From the NCBI RefSeq assembly GCF_000039765.1, contig NC_004459.3, positions 2,061,127 through 2,093,126 of the forward strand: DNA of 32,000 nucleotides, written 5' to 3'. This stretch comes from Vibrio vulnificus CMCP6. GTDB lineage: Bacteria; Pseudomonadota; Gammaproteobacteria; Enterobacterales; Vibrionaceae. A model generated the notes under the pieces. That model did no database searches, was not told where the DNA came from, and worked only from the letters and a program-made list of their open reading frames with translations. Made by a program: the position numbers and the translations under genes. Shown here piece after piece: positions 17,691 through 27,498 of this stretch; within the stretch, counting starts at the first letter, position 1, and each line of letters begins with the position of its first letter.

Positions 17691-19940
17691 ATGACTCTCT
17701 TAGGTAACAATTGGTTATTGGCTTCTTTTTCAGCAACCCTTATTTCGGCAAGCTACTGGCCGCTTATGCCTTCCTGGCCTTGGTTAATGCTAATTGTTGT
17801 TGCCATCTTTATCATTATTGTGCGCAAAACGTGTCGTTACTTGCTGGGGGTGACCATCGCACTTTTGATTGCCATTTCGGCTGGTAACCTTATGCAATGG
17901 CAAGTAAAGACCCTATTTCAGGCAGGGGAGAATATTACCATAAATGGCGCCGTTGACAGCCCTTTTAAGCAAATAAGTCACGGTTATGAAGGTGTTGTTA
18001 GCATCACAGCAATAAATAATAGTCATTTAGTGTGGACCCTGCGACCTAAAGTGCGTTTGATCTCACCCATTCCTCTTGGGCAGGGGGATCAAATCGTAGC
18101 GCATGTGACTCTAAAACGAGTCTATGGGTTACTCAATGAAGCAGGGTTTGATGCCGAACGTTTTGCTGTCAGCCAAGGCATCGTTGGACGGGCAACTATT
18201 GATGATTCTCGCTCTTGGCGTTTGGTCTCCGTGAAGGGAGGGCGACAAGCGCTGATCGAAAAAGCTCAGCAGCTACTGGTTCGTAGCGATCATACCGGTT
18301 ATTTACTTGGCTTAAGCTTTGGTCTTCGCGACGACATTACCGACGAGCAATGGCAGCAACTCAAGCAAAGTGGTTTGATACATCTACTTTCTATCTCAGG
18401 GCTGCACATTGGTATGGCTTTTGGTATCGGTTACTGGCTCGGGCATTGGTTGCGTTTTGGACGGCTTACTCTTGTTTGGCTGCCGTTGGCTATTGGACTG
18501 AGTCTCAGTTGGAGTTATGCGTGGCTGGCTGGTTTTACTCTGCCAACGCAAAGAGCCATTGTCTTTGTCACGTTAGTCGCCTTGTTCTCGTTTACGTCGG
18601 GGCAAGTCGGTCGTTGGACAGTCTTGCTGTTGGCACTGGCCTTTTGTCTTGCGATGTCGCCATTTTCTGCCCTTTCTACCAGTCTCTGGCTCTCGTTTCT
18701 TGCTGTCAGTTGCGTCTTTCTGGTGGTTGATCTCCGTGAGTCGTCTTCATCTTGGATTGGCAAAATGAAAAGCGTATTTTGCATCCAAGGTATGCTGCTG
18801 CTTTATCTCGCACCTGTGACTGCTTACTTCTTTTCCGGTTTGAGTCTGGCCGCCTGGCTGTATAACTTCCTGTTTATTCCCTGGTTTAGTTTGGTGGTGG
18901 TGCCTGTTATCTTTGTTGCACTCGTGCTGACTGCGCTGGATATGATGCCTGTAGCCAGTATGCTATGGCAGTTAGCGGATTTAAGTTTATGGCCATTAAC
19001 TTACGCTATGCCTTACGCCCACTTAGGTTGGTGGGGGCTGTCTTCTTTTCAGGTGGTGTTGGTCGCGTTGTGCGCGCTCGCTGTGATGCTGAGACATTTT
19101 ATTCGCTGGCAACTTTCTGTTGTTCTGATCATTTTGCTCAGCATTTCTTCACTATCGGTTCACTCTCTTTCTCGCACCCGAATTGACGTTTTAGATGTTG
19201 GCCATGGGCTCGCCGTATTGATTGAGAAAGACGGTAAAACGCTGCTTTATGACACTGGAAAGTCTTGGCATGGTGGAAGTATTGCGCAGCAAGTGATTGA
19301 GCCTATTTTATTGAGTCGGGGTAGTAGAAGCCTTGATGGGGTGATCATCAGCCATCAAGATGACGATCATGCAGGCGGCTTGCCCTATTTGCAGCAAAAC
19401 ATGCGCCCACAATGGGTAAGGAGTAGTCATTACTTGAGTGATTTTCCGTGTGTTAAAGGTCATGACTTTGAGTGGCAAGGGCTTAAAATGACCGTGCTTT
19501 GGCCGCCAAGGCAAGTGACTCGTGCCTACAATCCCCACTCCTGTGTGATTCGTATGGAGGATGAGGAAAATCAGTTTTCATTTTTGATGACTGGTGATAT
19601 TGACGCTTTGGCTGAGTGGATTCTGATTCGTGATCCTGAACAGCTAAACAGCGATGTGGTATTGGTGCCGCATCATGGCAGTCAAACTTCGTCGATTGAG
19701 CCTTTTGTGAACGCCGTCCAGGCAGGTGTGGCAATCGCCTCGTTGGCAAAAGGAAATCAGTGGGGGATGCCACAACCGAAAGTGGTCGAGACTTATCGAC
19801 GACATCGCACGCAGTGGTTTGATACTGGTGAGCTGGGTCAGATAACGTTGTATGTGGAACAGAGAAACTGGCGAATCGTCTCAAGACGCGACACTTTCAA
19901 CGCTTGGTATAGGCAGATGCTGCGTAACCAAGTAGAATAG
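17691..19940 (+). CDS. comEC: DNA internalization competence protein ComEC/Rec2
   Basis: The 749-aa protein has a polytopic competence domain. Its C-terminal metallo-beta-lactamase-like domain contains [19 protein letters not shown] and VPHHGS. It sits upstream of msbA, like E. coli ycaI. Confidence 0.9.
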   Translation: MTLLGNNWLLASFSATLISASYWPLMPSWPWLMLIVVAIFIIIVRKTCRYLLGVTIALLIAISAGNLMQWQVKTLFQAGENITINGAVDSPFKQISHGYEGVVSITAINNSHLVWTLRPKVRLISPIPLGQGDQIVAHVTLKRVYGLLNEAGFDAERFAVSQGIVGRATIDDSRSWRLVSVKGGRQALIEKAQQLLVRSDHTGYLLGLSFGLRDDITDEQWQQLKQSGLIHLLSISGLHIGMAFGIGYWLGHWLRFGRLTLVWLPLAIGLSLSWSYAWLAGFTLPTQRAIVFVTLVALFSFTSGQVGRWTVLLLALAFCLAMSPFSALSTSLWLSFLAVSCVFLVVDLRESSSSWIGKMKSVFCIQGMLLLYLAPVTAYFFSGLSLAAWLYNFLFIPWFSLVVVPVIFVALVLTALDMMPVASMLWQLADLSLWPLTYAMPYAHLGWWGLSSFQVVLVALCALAVMLRHFIRWQLSVVLIILLSISSLSVHSLSRTRIDVLDVGHGLAVLIEKDGKTLLYDTGKSWHGGSIAQQVIEPILLSRGSRSLDGVIISHQDDDHAGGLPYLQQNMRPQWVRSSHYLSDFPCVKGHDFEWQGLKMTVLWPPRQVTRAYNPHSCVIRMEDEENQFSFLMTGDIDALAEWILIRDPEQLNSDVVLVPHHGSQTSSIEPFVNAVQAGVAIASLAKGNQWGMPQPKVVETYRRHRTQWFDTGELGQITLYVEQRNWRIVSRRDTFNAWYRQMLRNQVE

Positions 19941-19972
19941 CGGCCTACTTGAAGAAAAAGAATCATTCATTT

Positions 19973-21724
19973 ATGTCAATTAATACCGATGAATCGACTT
20001 GGCGTACCTTTAAACGCTTGTGGACTTTTATCCGACTGTACAAATCAGGATTGGCCGTTGCCGTTGTGGCATTGATCATCAATGCGGTTTCAGACACCTA
20101 CATGGTCTCTTTATTAAAACCGCTTTTAGATGAAGGATTTGGCAGCGCTGAATCTGATTTTCTCCGCACTCTGCCTCTCCTCGTTTTTGGTTTGATGTTC
20201 ATTCGAGGTATCAGTAGCTTTGTTTCTACTTACTGTTTGAGCTGGGTTTCTGGCAATGTCGTAATGCAAGTACGTCGCATGGTATTTAACCACTACATGC
20301 AGATGCCTGTTTCTTACTTTGATAAAGAAAAATCTGGCAGCTTACTCTCTCGCATCACTTACGATTCCGAGCAGGTTTCAGCGGCAACGAGCCAAGCATT
20401 GGTTAGCATTGTTCGAGAAGGAACGAGCATTATCGGTCTGTTGGTTTTGATGTTCTACAACAGTTGGCAGCTTTCTTTGGTACTCATTTTAGTGGCACCG
20501 GTTGTCGCTTGGGCAATTGGCTTTGTTTCCAAGCGCTTTAGAAAAATCTCTAAAAATATGCAGACCACGATGGGCATTGTAACAAGTTCTGCTGAGCAGA
20601 TGCTTAAAGGTCATAAAGTCGTATTGAGCTACGGAGGGCAAGAGGTAGAAAAATCTCGCTTTGATGTAGTGAGTAACCAAATGCGCCAGCAAAGTATGAA
20701 GCTTATCACCGCCCAAGCCGCGGCTAACCCAATCATTCAAATGATCGCTTCTATTGCCATCGTCGTGGTTTTGTATTTGGCCAGTGTCGATACTATTAAA
20801 GATCAACTGACCCCAGGTACCTTTACCGTGGTTTTCTCCGCGATGTTTGGTCTAATGCGTCCACTTAAAGCATTGACCAATGTTACATCGCAGTTCCAAC
20901 GTGGTATGGCGGCGGCACAAACCCTGTTTGCTTTGGTCGATCTAGAGCCAGAGAAAAATACCGGTACATACAGTGTTGAACGAGCAAAAGGTGAGGTTAA
21001 TGTCAAAGACATCTCCTTTACCTATGAAGGCGCTGAAAAACCTGCCTTGTCGCATGTCTCTTTTGACATTCCGCGAGGGAAAACGGTGGCATTGGTTGGG
21101 CGATCAGGCTCTGGTAAGAGTACCATCGCTAACTTATTTACTCGTTTCTATGATGTCGATTCAGGTGAAATTCAGCTCGATGGTGTAGATGTTCGTGATT
21201 ATGAGTTGAAAAACTTACGTACACAATTTGCGCTGGTGTCGCAAAATGTGCACCTATTTAACGACACCATTGCCAACAATATCGCTTACGCAGCGGGTGA
21301 TAAATACAGCCGCGAAGACATCGAACGCGCCGCAGAGTTAGCACACGCGATGGAGTTCATTTCGAAGATGGAAAATGGACTCGACACCATGGTTGGTGAA
21401 AACGGTGCAAGCCTATCGGGTGGACAGCGTCAGCGCGTTGCGATTGCTCGTGCCTTGTTACGTGATGCCCCTGTGCTGATTCTTGATGAAGCGACCTCTG
21501 CACTGGATACCGAATCAGAACGTGCAATCCAATCGGCATTGGATGAGTTGCAAAAGAACAAGACGGTGTTGGTGATTGCTCACCGCCTGTCAACCATTGA
21601 AAAGGCCGATCAAATCTTAGTGATTGACGATGGTTCCGTTGTTGAACGGGGTTCGCACTCTGAACTTATCGAAAAAGATGGCGCTTACGCGCAATTGCAT
21701 CGCATTCAGTTTGGTGAAGGGTAG
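19973..21724 (+). CDS. msbA: Lipid A/LPS flippase ABC transporter MsbA
   Basis: ATG 19973 gives [24 protein letters not shown], which resembles the MsbA N-terminus I recall. Motifs present are Walker [18 protein letters not shown] and [10 protein letters not shown]. The ORF-track TTG 19949 adds 8 residues. Confidence 0.95.
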
Positions 21725-22731
21725 TGATTGAAAAGATCTGGTTTGAAAACCATCCTGTAAAATACCTTTTATGGCCACTGTTGTGGCCATTATCGCTGTT
21801 GTTTGGTGCGATTAGCCGTCGTCAGAAAGCAGCGTATCAGCGAGGTGCAAAAGCGTCTTTTCAAGCGAGTATACCTGTCATCGTGGTCGGTAATATTACC
21901 GCTGGTGGCAATGGCAAAACTCCGGTCGTCATTTGGTTGGTCGAAAAACTGCAACAGCTTGGCTTTAAGCCGGGTGTGGTCTCTCGTGGCTATGGTGCAA
22001 AAGCACCAGTGTATCCGATGGTGGTGGATTCAGAGAGTTTAACCTCTCACTGTGGTGATGAGCCTAAACTGATATTTGAACGAACGGGGGCTTTGGTTGC
22101 GGTTGACCCCATTCGGCCCAATGCAGTAAAGCGCTTGATAGAACTTGGGGCCAATATCATTGTTACAGATGATGGACTACAGCATTACGCGCTGCAAAGA
22201 GACATCGAAGTGGTGGTTGTGGATGGTCAACGTCGATTTGGTAACCAACAGTTGATCCCGCTCGGCCCACTGCGCGAGCCAACGTCCCGTTTGCAAAACG
22301 TGGATTTTATTATCACCAATGGCGGGGATGCCCACCAAGGTGAAATCGCGATGAGCTTGATGCCAGATATGGCCGTTAATTTGATGACGGGTGAGAAAGT
22401 CACGGTGAATGAATTGGCGTCCTTGGTCGCTTTTGCTGGTATTGGTCACCCCCCACGTTTTTTTAAAACGCTAGAACAATTGGGGGCTGATGTCGTGGTC
22501 AGCCAAGGTTTTGCCGATCATCAAGACTTCGACCCAGAAGCCATCGCGAAGCTGGCCCATCAGGGCAAAAATGTCATTATGACGGAAAAGGACGCGGTAA
22601 AGTGTCGTCGCTTCGCACAAAATAATTGGTGGTATTTACCCGTCTCTGCTCAGTTTTCGTCACACGATCAGCAGAGAATATTGCAAAGAATAACAGAGGT
22701 AGTAAAAGAATATGGATCATCGACTGCTTGA
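21724..22731 (+). CDS. lpxK: Tetraacyldisaccharide 4'-kinase LpxK
   Basis: GTG 21724 shares one nt with the msbA TAG stop. The P-loop is [12 protein letters not shown]. The 335-aa length and the msbA-lpxK order fit. Confidence 0.93.
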
Positions 22732-22891
22732 GATTGTCGCGTGCCCAGTGTGCAAAGGTAAACTGACTTTTGATAAAGAAAACCAAGAGCTGATTTGCAA
22801 GCTCGATCGCTTGGCTTATCCAATTAAAGAAGGCATTCCTGTTTTGCTTGAGCCGGAAGCTCGCAGCATGGGAATGGATGAGGGGCGCTAA
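22712..22891 (+). CDS. ycaR: Trm112-like small zinc-ribbon protein YcaR (UPF0434)
   Basis: This gene is not in the ORF track because it encodes 59 aa. The translation is [59 protein letters not shown]. It overlaps the lpxK 3' end by 20 nt, and its TAA overlaps the kdsB ATG. It sits in the conserved ycaR-kdsB position. Confidence 0.85.
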
Positions 22892-23646
22892 TGTCATTTA
22901 CCGTTGTCATCCCAGCGCGTTACCAATCAACCCGTTTACCGGGCAAACCGCTGGCAGATATTGCTGGTAAGCCCATGGTTCAGTGGGTGTATGAACAAGC
23001 GATTCAGGCGGGCGCGCAAGATGTAATTATTGCCACCGATGATCAACGTGTCGCTGATGCTGTTGCTGTGTTTGGTGGTAAGGTGTGTATGACCTCGCCA
23101 AACCATGAATCTGGCACAGAGCGTTTGGCGGAAGTGGTCCAATTAATGGGCATCGCTGACGATCACATTGTAGTGAATGTTCAAGGCGATGAGCCGTTAA
23201 TCCCACCTAGCATCATTCGCCAAGTCGCGGAAAATCTGGCAGCAAGCTCTGCACCAATGGCCACATTAGGGGTGGCGATAACTTCAGAAGAAGAAGTGTT
23301 TAACCCGAATGCAGTTAAAGTGGTGACAGACAAAGAAGGCTACGCGCTTTATTTCAGTCGCGCGACGATTCCTTGGGATCGTGATGCCTTTGCACGTGGT
23401 GAAGTTCTCACAGAGCACTCTCTGATGCGCCACATCGGTATCTACGCCTACCGTGCGGGTTTCATTAATACCTACGTTAATTGGCAACCGAGTAGCTTAG
23501 AGAAAATAGAGTGTCTCGAGCAACTGCGAGTACTTTGGTATGGTGAAAAAATCCATGTTGAGCTAGCCAAAGAAGCACCTCCAGCGGGTGTTGATACGCC
23601 AGAGGATCTAGAGTTGGTTCGTGAGCTCATCGCCGCTAAGAGCTGA
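22891..23646 (+). CDS. kdsB: 3-deoxy-manno-octulosonate cytidylyltransferase (CMP-KDO synthetase) KdsB
   Basis: The 251-aa protein starts [29 protein letters not shown]. It also contains [11 protein letters not shown]. This is the typical KdsB pattern. Confidence 0.95.
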   Translation: MSFTVVIPARYQSTRLPGKPLADIAGKPMVQWVYEQAIQAGAQDVIIATDDQRVADAVAVFGGKVCMTSPNHESGTERLAEVVQLMGIADDHIVVNVQGDEPLIPPSIIRQVAENLAASSAPMATLGVAITSEEEVFNPNAVKVVTDKEGYALYFSRATIPWDRDAFARGEVLTEHSLMRHIGIYAYRAGFINTYVNWQPSSLEKIECLEQLRVLWYGEKIHVELAKEAPPAGVDTPEDLELVRELIAAKS

Positions 23647-23673
23647 TTAGGGCGAGATGCGTTAGATGAACGG

Positions 23674-23710
23674 AATGGCTGGAGTTTGGGCTCTGGCCAT
23701 TTTTGTTGTT
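23674..23710 (+). terminator. Rho-independent terminator after kdsB
   Basis: The stem is aatggctggag (23674-23684) paired with ctctggccatt (23691-23701). It has 11 bp including two G.U pairs. TTTTGTTGTT follows. Confidence 0.65.
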
Positions 23711-23817
23711 AGTATTCCCAAATTTTAGCGTCACCTCTGGCGCAATTGGACGGTTGGCGTCTCTGTTAGCGTCTATGCTTTAGTTAAGCGCAGTGATCTT
23801 GCTAAGAGCGATGATAG

Positions 23818-24606
23818 ATGGCCTCTAAAAATTACATCAATGTTTCCAGACGAGCAGTGTACCTCGCTCTTATCACCTTTCTTTGCCTAAATCTGACCAG
23901 TGTTACCCCTTTCTTTTATGTCGAGCATCCTATTGATGTGCTAACCGAATCTGCCTATTTTGCGGTACTGGTGTATATCCGTGCGGCGATCAGCCGCTCT
24001 ATTACATCGACACGCTCCATTACGGTTGGTGTGAATCTTATCTTATTTGTCGCATTGTACGATGTATTGACCGAAGTGGACTGGCTGGCAGATTGGAGTA
24101 ATCGGCACGAAGTATTGGATAACATCATTGAGCAAGGGGGAATGTTGGTGGCTGTGGCGAGCATTGCCTTTGGCATTGATAGGCTGATCAAAGCCAAAGA
24201 TCATGAAATCCATCGAGATTCCTTAACAGGGTTATACAATCGCCGCTATTTGGAGCGATTTAGCCAAGAACAGCTCAATTTGGTTTACATCGATCTCAAT
24301 GACCTCAAAGTGGTCAATGATACGCAAGGGCACGATGCAGGAGATGAGCTGATCATCCAGTTTTCCCAATTGCTCACCAAAGCAACCAAAGACGATGAAT
24401 ATGCTTTTCGTGTCGGTGGGGATGAATTTATTTTATTGTTGCAGCCCAAACGCACGTTGTTGGTGATGGACGCGTTACACACCATGTGCGCTAAACGCGA
24501 CATCCACTTTTCTTATGGTCTGTCAGAGCTTGGTGAAGGGGATCTTTCGACACGCGCCAAATTGGCAGATGAGCGTATGTATCAGATGAAGAAAGCCCAC
24601 CGTTAG
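23818..24606 (+). CDS. Membrane-anchored GGDEF-domain protein (putative diguanylate cyclase)
   Basis: The 262-aa protein has three to four hydrophobic segments in the first ~125 aa. A compact GGDEF domain follows: SLTGLYNRRYL, IDLNDLKVVND, GHDAGDELI, RVGGDEFILL and ADERMYQMKK. Confidence 0.85.
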   Translation: MASKNYINVSRRAVYLALITFLCLNLTSVTPFFYVEHPIDVLTESAYFAVLVYIRAAISRSITSTRSITVGVNLILFVALYDVLTEVDWLADWSNRHEVLDNIIEQGGMLVAVASIAFGIDRLIKAKDHEIHRDSLTGLYNRRYLERFSQEQLNLVYIDLNDLKVVNDTQGHDAGDELIIQFSQLLTKATKDDEYAFRVGGDEFILLLQPKRTLLVMDALHTMCAKRDIHFSYGLSELGEGDLSTRAKLADERMYQMKKAHR

Positions 24607-24612
24607 GTGGGC
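24588..24612 (-). terminator. Probable terminator of the yeaG-yeaH-ycgB unit, embedded in the last codons of the GGDEF gene
   Basis: The stem is gcccacc (24595-24601) paired with ggtgggc (24606-24612), with a 4-nt loop. A T-rich run (TTTCTTCAT) follows only on the minus-strand transcript. It lies 30 nt past the ycgB stop. Confidence 0.5.
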
Positions 24613-24641
24613 CAATCGGTAAATGCTCGCTAACGGCTAAG

Positions 24642-26174
24642 TTAGATCTTACTGTCGTACTCAGTACGTTGAGGGCAGGTTGCCAGGATTTCTTTGTGGC
24701 CCGTCTCTTTTACTTCTTCCAAAATAACGTCAAACCCCCACAAACGATATAAGTGCTTCATCACCTCGTTGTAGCTCTTGTCCAGAGGAATGCGATTATG
24801 CGGGACGTATTGCAGGGTTAAAGAGCGATCGCCACGCACATCGACTTTGTAGACTTGGATATTAGGTTCTAGGTTGGCTAGGTTGTATTGCGCAGCCAAG
24901 GTTTCCCGAATTTTTCGATAACCCATATCATCATGGATAGCATTCACTTCGATGAAGTTTCTTCGGTCATCATCTTGAATCGCAAACAGTTTAAAATCGC
25001 GGATGAGTTTGGGAGATAAATACTGACTGATGAAGCTCTCATCTTTAAAGTTGCGCATGGCGAAATGCACCGCATCGAGCCAGTCGCTGCCTGCCAAATC
25101 AGGGAACCACTCTTTGTCCTCATCTGTCGGTTCTTCGCAGATGCGCTTGATGTCACGGAACATCGCAAAGCCTAACGCATAAGGGTTGATGCCGCTAAAG
25201 TAAGGACTGTTATAGGGCGGTTGAGCAACCACACTAGTATGGCTGTGCAAAAACTCTAAGATAAATTTGTCTGAGACAATCCCTTCATCATAAAGATGGT
25301 TGAGAATGGTGTAGTGCCAAAACGTTGCCCATCCTTCGTTCATCACTTGCGTCTGTTTCTGTGGGTAAAAATATTGGCTTATCTTGCGCACGATACGTAC
25401 GATTTCGCGTTGCCAAGGTTCGAGCAGTGGCGCGTGCTTCTCAATGAAATAAAGGATGTTCTCTTGTGGCTCACTCGGGAAGTGAATTTTGCTTTGTTCT
25501 TCCTTCGATTTGGCCTTAGGCACCGTTCTCCAAAGCTCATTGACCTGAGATTGCAGATAGGCCTCTCGCTCTTCTTGTCGAGCTTTCTCCTCATTGATGG
25601 ATATCTTCTCTGGGCGTTTGTAACGATCAACCCCATAGTTCATCAGGGCATGGCAAGAATCGAGTAACTTCTCGACTTCGGTTTCGCCATATTTGGTTTC
25701 ACAATCGGCAATGTATTTCTTCGCAAACAATAAGTAATCAATGATCGAGCTGGCATCGGTCCAAGTTTGGAACAGGTAGTTACCTTTGAAGAACGAGTTG
25801 TGTCCGTAGCTGGCGTGAGCAATCACTAACGCCTGCATCGTAACGGTATTTTCTTCCATTAAATAGGCAATACAAGGGTTGGAGTTAATGACGATTTCGT
25901 ATGCGAGCCCCATTTGGCCATGTTTGTAATTTTGTTCGGTCTGGATGAATTTTTTACCGAAAGACCAGTGATTATAATTAATCGGCATACCGATACTTGA
26001 ATACGCATCCATCATCTGCTCAGAGGTAATGACTTCGATCTGATTAGGATAGGTATCTAGGCGGTAATGCTCAGCGACACGTTTGATCTCGGTATGGTAT
26101 TTTTCCAACAGATCAAAGGTCCAGTCTGGCCCATCTGGCAACATCTTGCTTTTTTTCTTTGTCTTGGTTGTCAT
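24642..26174 (-). CDS. ycgB: SpoVR-family protein YcgB
   Basis: The 510-aa protein has conserved stretches MNEGWATFWHY, HASYGHNSFFK and LEEVKETGH, typical of SpoVR/YcgB. It starts 9 nt after the yeaH stop. Confidence 0.92.
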   Translation of the reverse strand: MTTKTKKKSKMLPDGPDWTFDLLEKYHTEIKRVAEHYRLDTYPNQIEVITSEQMMDAYSSIGMPINYNHWSFGKKFIQTEQNYKHGQMGLAYEIVINSNPCIAYLMEENTVTMQALVIAHASYGHNSFFKGNYLFQTWTDASSIIDYLLFAKKYIADCETKYGETEVEKLLDSCHALMNYGVDRYKRPEKISINEEKARQEEREAYLQSQVNELWRTVPKAKSKEEQSKIHFPSEPQENILYFIEKHAPLLEPWQREIVRIVRKISQYFYPQKQTQVMNEGWATFWHYTILNHLYDEGIVSDKFILEFLHSHTSVVAQPPYNSPYFSGINPYALGFAMFRDIKRICEEPTDEDKEWFPDLAGSDWLDAVHFAMRNFKDESFISQYLSPKLIRDFKLFAIQDDDRRNFIEVNAIHDDMGYRKIRETLAAQYNLANLEPNIQVYKVDVRGDRSLTLQYVPHNRIPLDKSYNEVMKHLYRLWGFDVILEEVKETGHKEILATCPQRTEYDSKI

Positions 26175-26183
26175 ACGGGCCTC

Positions 26184-27455
26184 CTATGCCGTTTCCTTGT
26201 GAAACAGCTCTCTGAATACCGGGAAGATGTCTTCAACGCTGCGAATATTCTTCATCGCAAAATTATCAAAGCTCTCCTCAAGCTTTTCATATTCATGCCA
26301 CAGCGTTTGGTGTGAACGTCGAGTAATTTCGATATAGGCGTAGTATTGGCAGTTAGGTAACAACTTGCTGGTTAACAACTCTTTGCAACGAGGTGAATCG
26401 TCAGCCCAGTTATCCCCATCAGAAGCTTGTGCAGCGTAGATGTTCCATTCGCCAACGGGATAGCGAGCTTTAACAATTTCATCCATCAATTTCAGAGCAC
26501 TGGAAACGATGGTGCCCCCGGTTTCTTGTGAGTAGAAAAACTCGTGCTCATCGACCTCTTTTGCTTGCGTATGGTGACGTATAAACACCACTTCCACGTT
26601 TTCATACGTACGATTAAGGAACAGATAGAGCAGCACATAAAAGCGCTTGGCAATGTCTTTAGTCGCTTGATCCATGGAGCCTGAAACGTCCATCAGACAA
26701 AACATGACGGCTTGGCTTGAAGGAACGGGCTTGCGCTCATAGTTTTTGAAACGTAAGTCAAACGTATCGATAAAGGGCACGCTTTCAATCGCTTTACGCA
26801 GTTCTGCGATTTCTTGTTTAAGTTTCATTTCCTCCAGCTTTTGTGCGGGCTCTTGATTCTGGATGCGTTCCAACTCCAGCTCTAGCTCGTGCAATAAACG
26901 CTTTTTGCCCGCAGACATTGCGGTGCGACGCGCAAGGGATTGTTGCAAGGAGCGCACAATAGAAATGTTGGAAGGCATCCCTGCGGTTTGATAGCCCGCG
27001 CGGTGTTTCTTCCACTCGGTAATTTTGTTCACCTGATTTTTCTTTAGATTTGGCAAAGCCAAGTCTTCAAATAACAGGTCTAAGTACTCATCTTTGGAAA
27101 TTTGGAAAACAAAATCGTCTTGCCCTTCGCCATCAGCACTGGCATCACCGTCTCCAGCGCCACCGCCTCCTTGGCCACCTTTGGGTCTTTCGATTTTATC
27201 GCCGGTAATGAACTGGTCATTGCCAGGATGGACACGTTCTCTTAACCCCCCTTTACCTTGATGGAAAAGAGGCTCTTTGATGTCTTTGTGCGGAATAGCA
27301 ACGTCCTCACCCGTCTCCGTATTGGTGATCGAGCGACGATTCACCGCGTCCGCTACCGACTCTTTTATCTGCTCTTTATAGCGTCTCATGAAGCGCTGTC
27401 TGTTGACAGCGCTCTTGTTCTTGCCATTGAGCCTACGGTCTATAAATTGCGCCAT
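26184..27455 (-). CDS. yeaH: DUF444/vWA-like protein YeaH
   Basis: The 423-aa protein is nearly colinear with E. coli YeaH as I recall it. Shared stretches include [32 protein letters not shown], the MIDAS-like [10 protein letters not shown] and [15 protein letters not shown]. There is a Gly/Asp-rich tract [22 protein letters not shown]. Confidence 0.92.
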   Translation of the reverse strand: MAQFIDRRLNGKNKSAVNRQRFMRRYKEQIKESVADAVNRRSITNTETGEDVAIPHKDIKEPLFHQGKGGLRERVHPGNDQFITGDKIERPKGGQGGGGAGDGDASADGEGQDDFVFQISKDEYLDLLFEDLALPNLKKNQVNKITEWKKHRAGYQTAGMPSNISIVRSLQQSLARRTAMSAGKKRLLHELELELERIQNQEPAQKLEEMKLKQEIAELRKAIESVPFIDTFDLRFKNYERKPVPSSQAVMFCLMDVSGSMDQATKDIAKRFYVLLYLFLNRTYENVEVVFIRHHTQAKEVDEHEFFYSQETGGTIVSSALKLMDEIVKARYPVGEWNIYAAQASDGDNWADDSPRCKELLTSKLLPNCQYYAYIEITRRSHQTLWHEYEKLEESFDNFAMKNIRSVEDIFPVFRELFHKETA

Positions 27456-27498
27456 GAAATTCCCCTCTCATGTTCCACAGACCTAACTCACATCCGGG

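Noticed and set aside
19353-19370. The ComEC metallo-beta-lactamase motif reads HQDDDH instead of the canonical HxHxDH.
   Set aside because: As far as I recall, an H-x-D-x-D-H variant is normal for the ComEC family. It is probably not a sign of inactivation, though this would need an alignment to confirm.
7330-19884. Long ORFs nested inside confident genes. Examples are 7330-7791(-) in ndh, 10468-11001(+) in mfd, 18350-18730(+) and 19483-19884(-) in comEC, and 25296-25667(+) in ycgB.
   Set aside because: Each lies entirely within a gene that has unmistakable family motifs. The translations are low-complexity or Arg/Ser-rich. No SD sequences are present. There is nothing that requires an overlapping gene.
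23725-23773. Three copies of TT(A/G)GCGTC (23725, 23754, 23766) upstream of the GGDEF gene.
   Set aside because: An exact 8-mer repeat within about 170 bp is expected by chance at roughly 0.2. The spacing is irregular (29 and 12 bp) and there is no dyad symmetry.
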